In this document: positions 63,233 through 64,000 of the stretch, piece after piece | Layout of the letters: each line of letters begins with the position of its first letter | Position numbering within the stretch: position 1 is the first letter of the stretch | Notes under the pieces: generated by a model | What the model was told of the DNA's origin: nothing | Databases searched by the model: none | Seen by the model: only the letters and a program-made list of their open reading frames with translations | Position numbers and translations under genes: made by a program | Origin: a virus | Taxonomy: Duplodnaviria; Caudoviricetes | Length of the DNA: 64,000 nt | Virus record (IMG/VR): IMGVR_UViG_3300044846_003573 | Reading direction: 5' to 3' (one strand)

Positions 63233-63258
63233 AAACCCCACCTTGAGTGGGGTTTTTT
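63233..63258 (+). terminator. intrinsic terminator
   Basis: aaaccccac cttga gtggggtttttt. Confidence 0.75.
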
Positions 63259-63397
63259 ATTTACAAAAAAACAAATTACCTTATAGTTATTAATGAAACC
63301 TTGTTGATGAGGTCCACCTGTCCGATGAGACAGTTGAGTTGGAGAAATACCAACAAAGTGGGGTTCAATAAACATAAAAAATAAAATAAGGAAAAAA

Positions 63398-64000
63398 ATG
63401 TATTACACAAAACTCAAGAAGTTTCCGTCCGCTTATATTACGACAGGGAAACAAAGATTAAAACAAAACGGCTCAAACGTTTATCTTAACAACGGGGAAG
63501 AATTTGAGGTAGAAATCTTCAACCCAAAATCAATTTCAGTTTTAGCAAAAATAAAAATCAATGGGAATTACCTATCAGGTGGTGGTATTATTATCAAACC
63601 TGGTCAAAGAGTATTCTTGGAAAGATATTTGAACGAAGCTAAGAAGTTCAAATTTGATGTATATGAGGTTAACTCATCATCAACGGAAGTCCAAGAAGCC
63701 ATCCAAAACAATGGTGAGGTTGTCGTTGAATTCTATGATGAGAGTGTTTATTTGACTAACCCAATTATGACGTTGGCGGGTAGCGCTAATAGTACTTGGA
63801 CTAATGATAAATGGCATGGTGATATAAACACTATAACCACAGGTACGTATAGTATAAATTGGGGTCAAAACGCTAAGTATTATAACACAAATGTTAGTTT
63901 AACATCTAACAGTAATACTTTCGCAGGTGACTCAAACGCTTTTTATACCAACGATTCGTATAATACGAACAGTTCACAAAACTTAAAAAAATCATTACAA
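63398..64000 (+). CDS. hypothetical phage protein, runs off the window (missed by ORF track)
   Basis: open frame MYYTKLKKFPSAYITTGKQRLKQ...GIIIKPGQRVFLERYL... with no stop before the window end. Confidence 0.8.
   Translation, partial: MYYTKLKKFPSAYITTGKQRLKQNGSNVYLNNGEEFEVEIFNPKSISVLAKIKINGNYLSGGGIIIKPGQRVFLERYLNEAKKFKFDVYEVNSSSTEVQEAIQNNGEVVVEFYDESVYLTNPIMTLAGSANSTWTNDKWHGDINTITTGTYSINWGQNAKYYNTNVSLTSNSNTFAGDSNAFYTNDSYNTNSSQNLKKSLQ

Noticed and set aside
63301-63360. Hammerhead ribozyme
   Set aside because: The GATGAG and GAAA words are present but not in the CUGAnGA-stem II-GAAA arrangement.
785-63868. Numerous short antisense/alternate-frame ORFs in the track (e.g. 785-1054, 2041-2277, 9890-10165, 28750-29019, 41883-42068, 53152-53436, 56543-56749, 58607-59092)
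   Set aside because: They lie within or opposite longer well-supported genes or RNA genes, and lack start context or recognisable motifs.
1-64000. CRISPR array
   Set aside because: No run of equal-length repeats with unique spacers. The AGTCAGG elements are tRNA-like and irregularly spaced.
1-64000. Stop-codon reassignment / suppressor tRNA
   Set aside because: Long ORFs are intact in code 11, genes end in TAA, TAG and TGA, and no CTA, TCA or TTA anticodon in a valid loop was found. The CTA in the 52240 element is not at the anticodon position of a 7-nt loop.

Overview
AT-rich, gene-dense window, almost certainly from a jumbo/huge tailed phage infecting Bacteroidota. This is inferred from TAnnTTTG (-7) promoters, A-rich translation starts without Shine-Dalgarno sites, a Bacteroidota-type primary-sigma homologue, an Hc1 histone-like protein and two type IX secretion (T9SS) cargo genes. 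The standard genetic code appears to be used. 1-52 kb carries an SbcC/gp46 ATPase, a sigma factor, a lysis-like block, DnaJ, a ~10 kb glycosylation island, two DNA methyltransferases, Trx/Grx, a DHH phosphoesterase, a NUDIX hydrolase, a GH19 endolysin, RmlB, and many acidic proteins that share an N-terminal IITEEQ-like motif and an upstream TATTTAT motif. The most striking content is non-coding. (i) A ~870 nt highly structured GOLLD-like RNA is expressed like an rRNA, with tandem promoters, boxB/boxA-like elements and a terminator. (ii) An 11 kb array holds 22 tRNAs covering all 20 amino acids. It is preceded by an apparent leader-peptide attenuator whose 37-codon uORF samples 17 amino acids. 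(iii) A family of AGTCAGG tRNA-like RNAs keeps the acceptor stem and usually the T arm but has scrambled anticodon arms, and these punctuate unidentified structured RNAs, including a duplicated covarying motif. All family assignments come from motif recognition by eye. No database searches were run.
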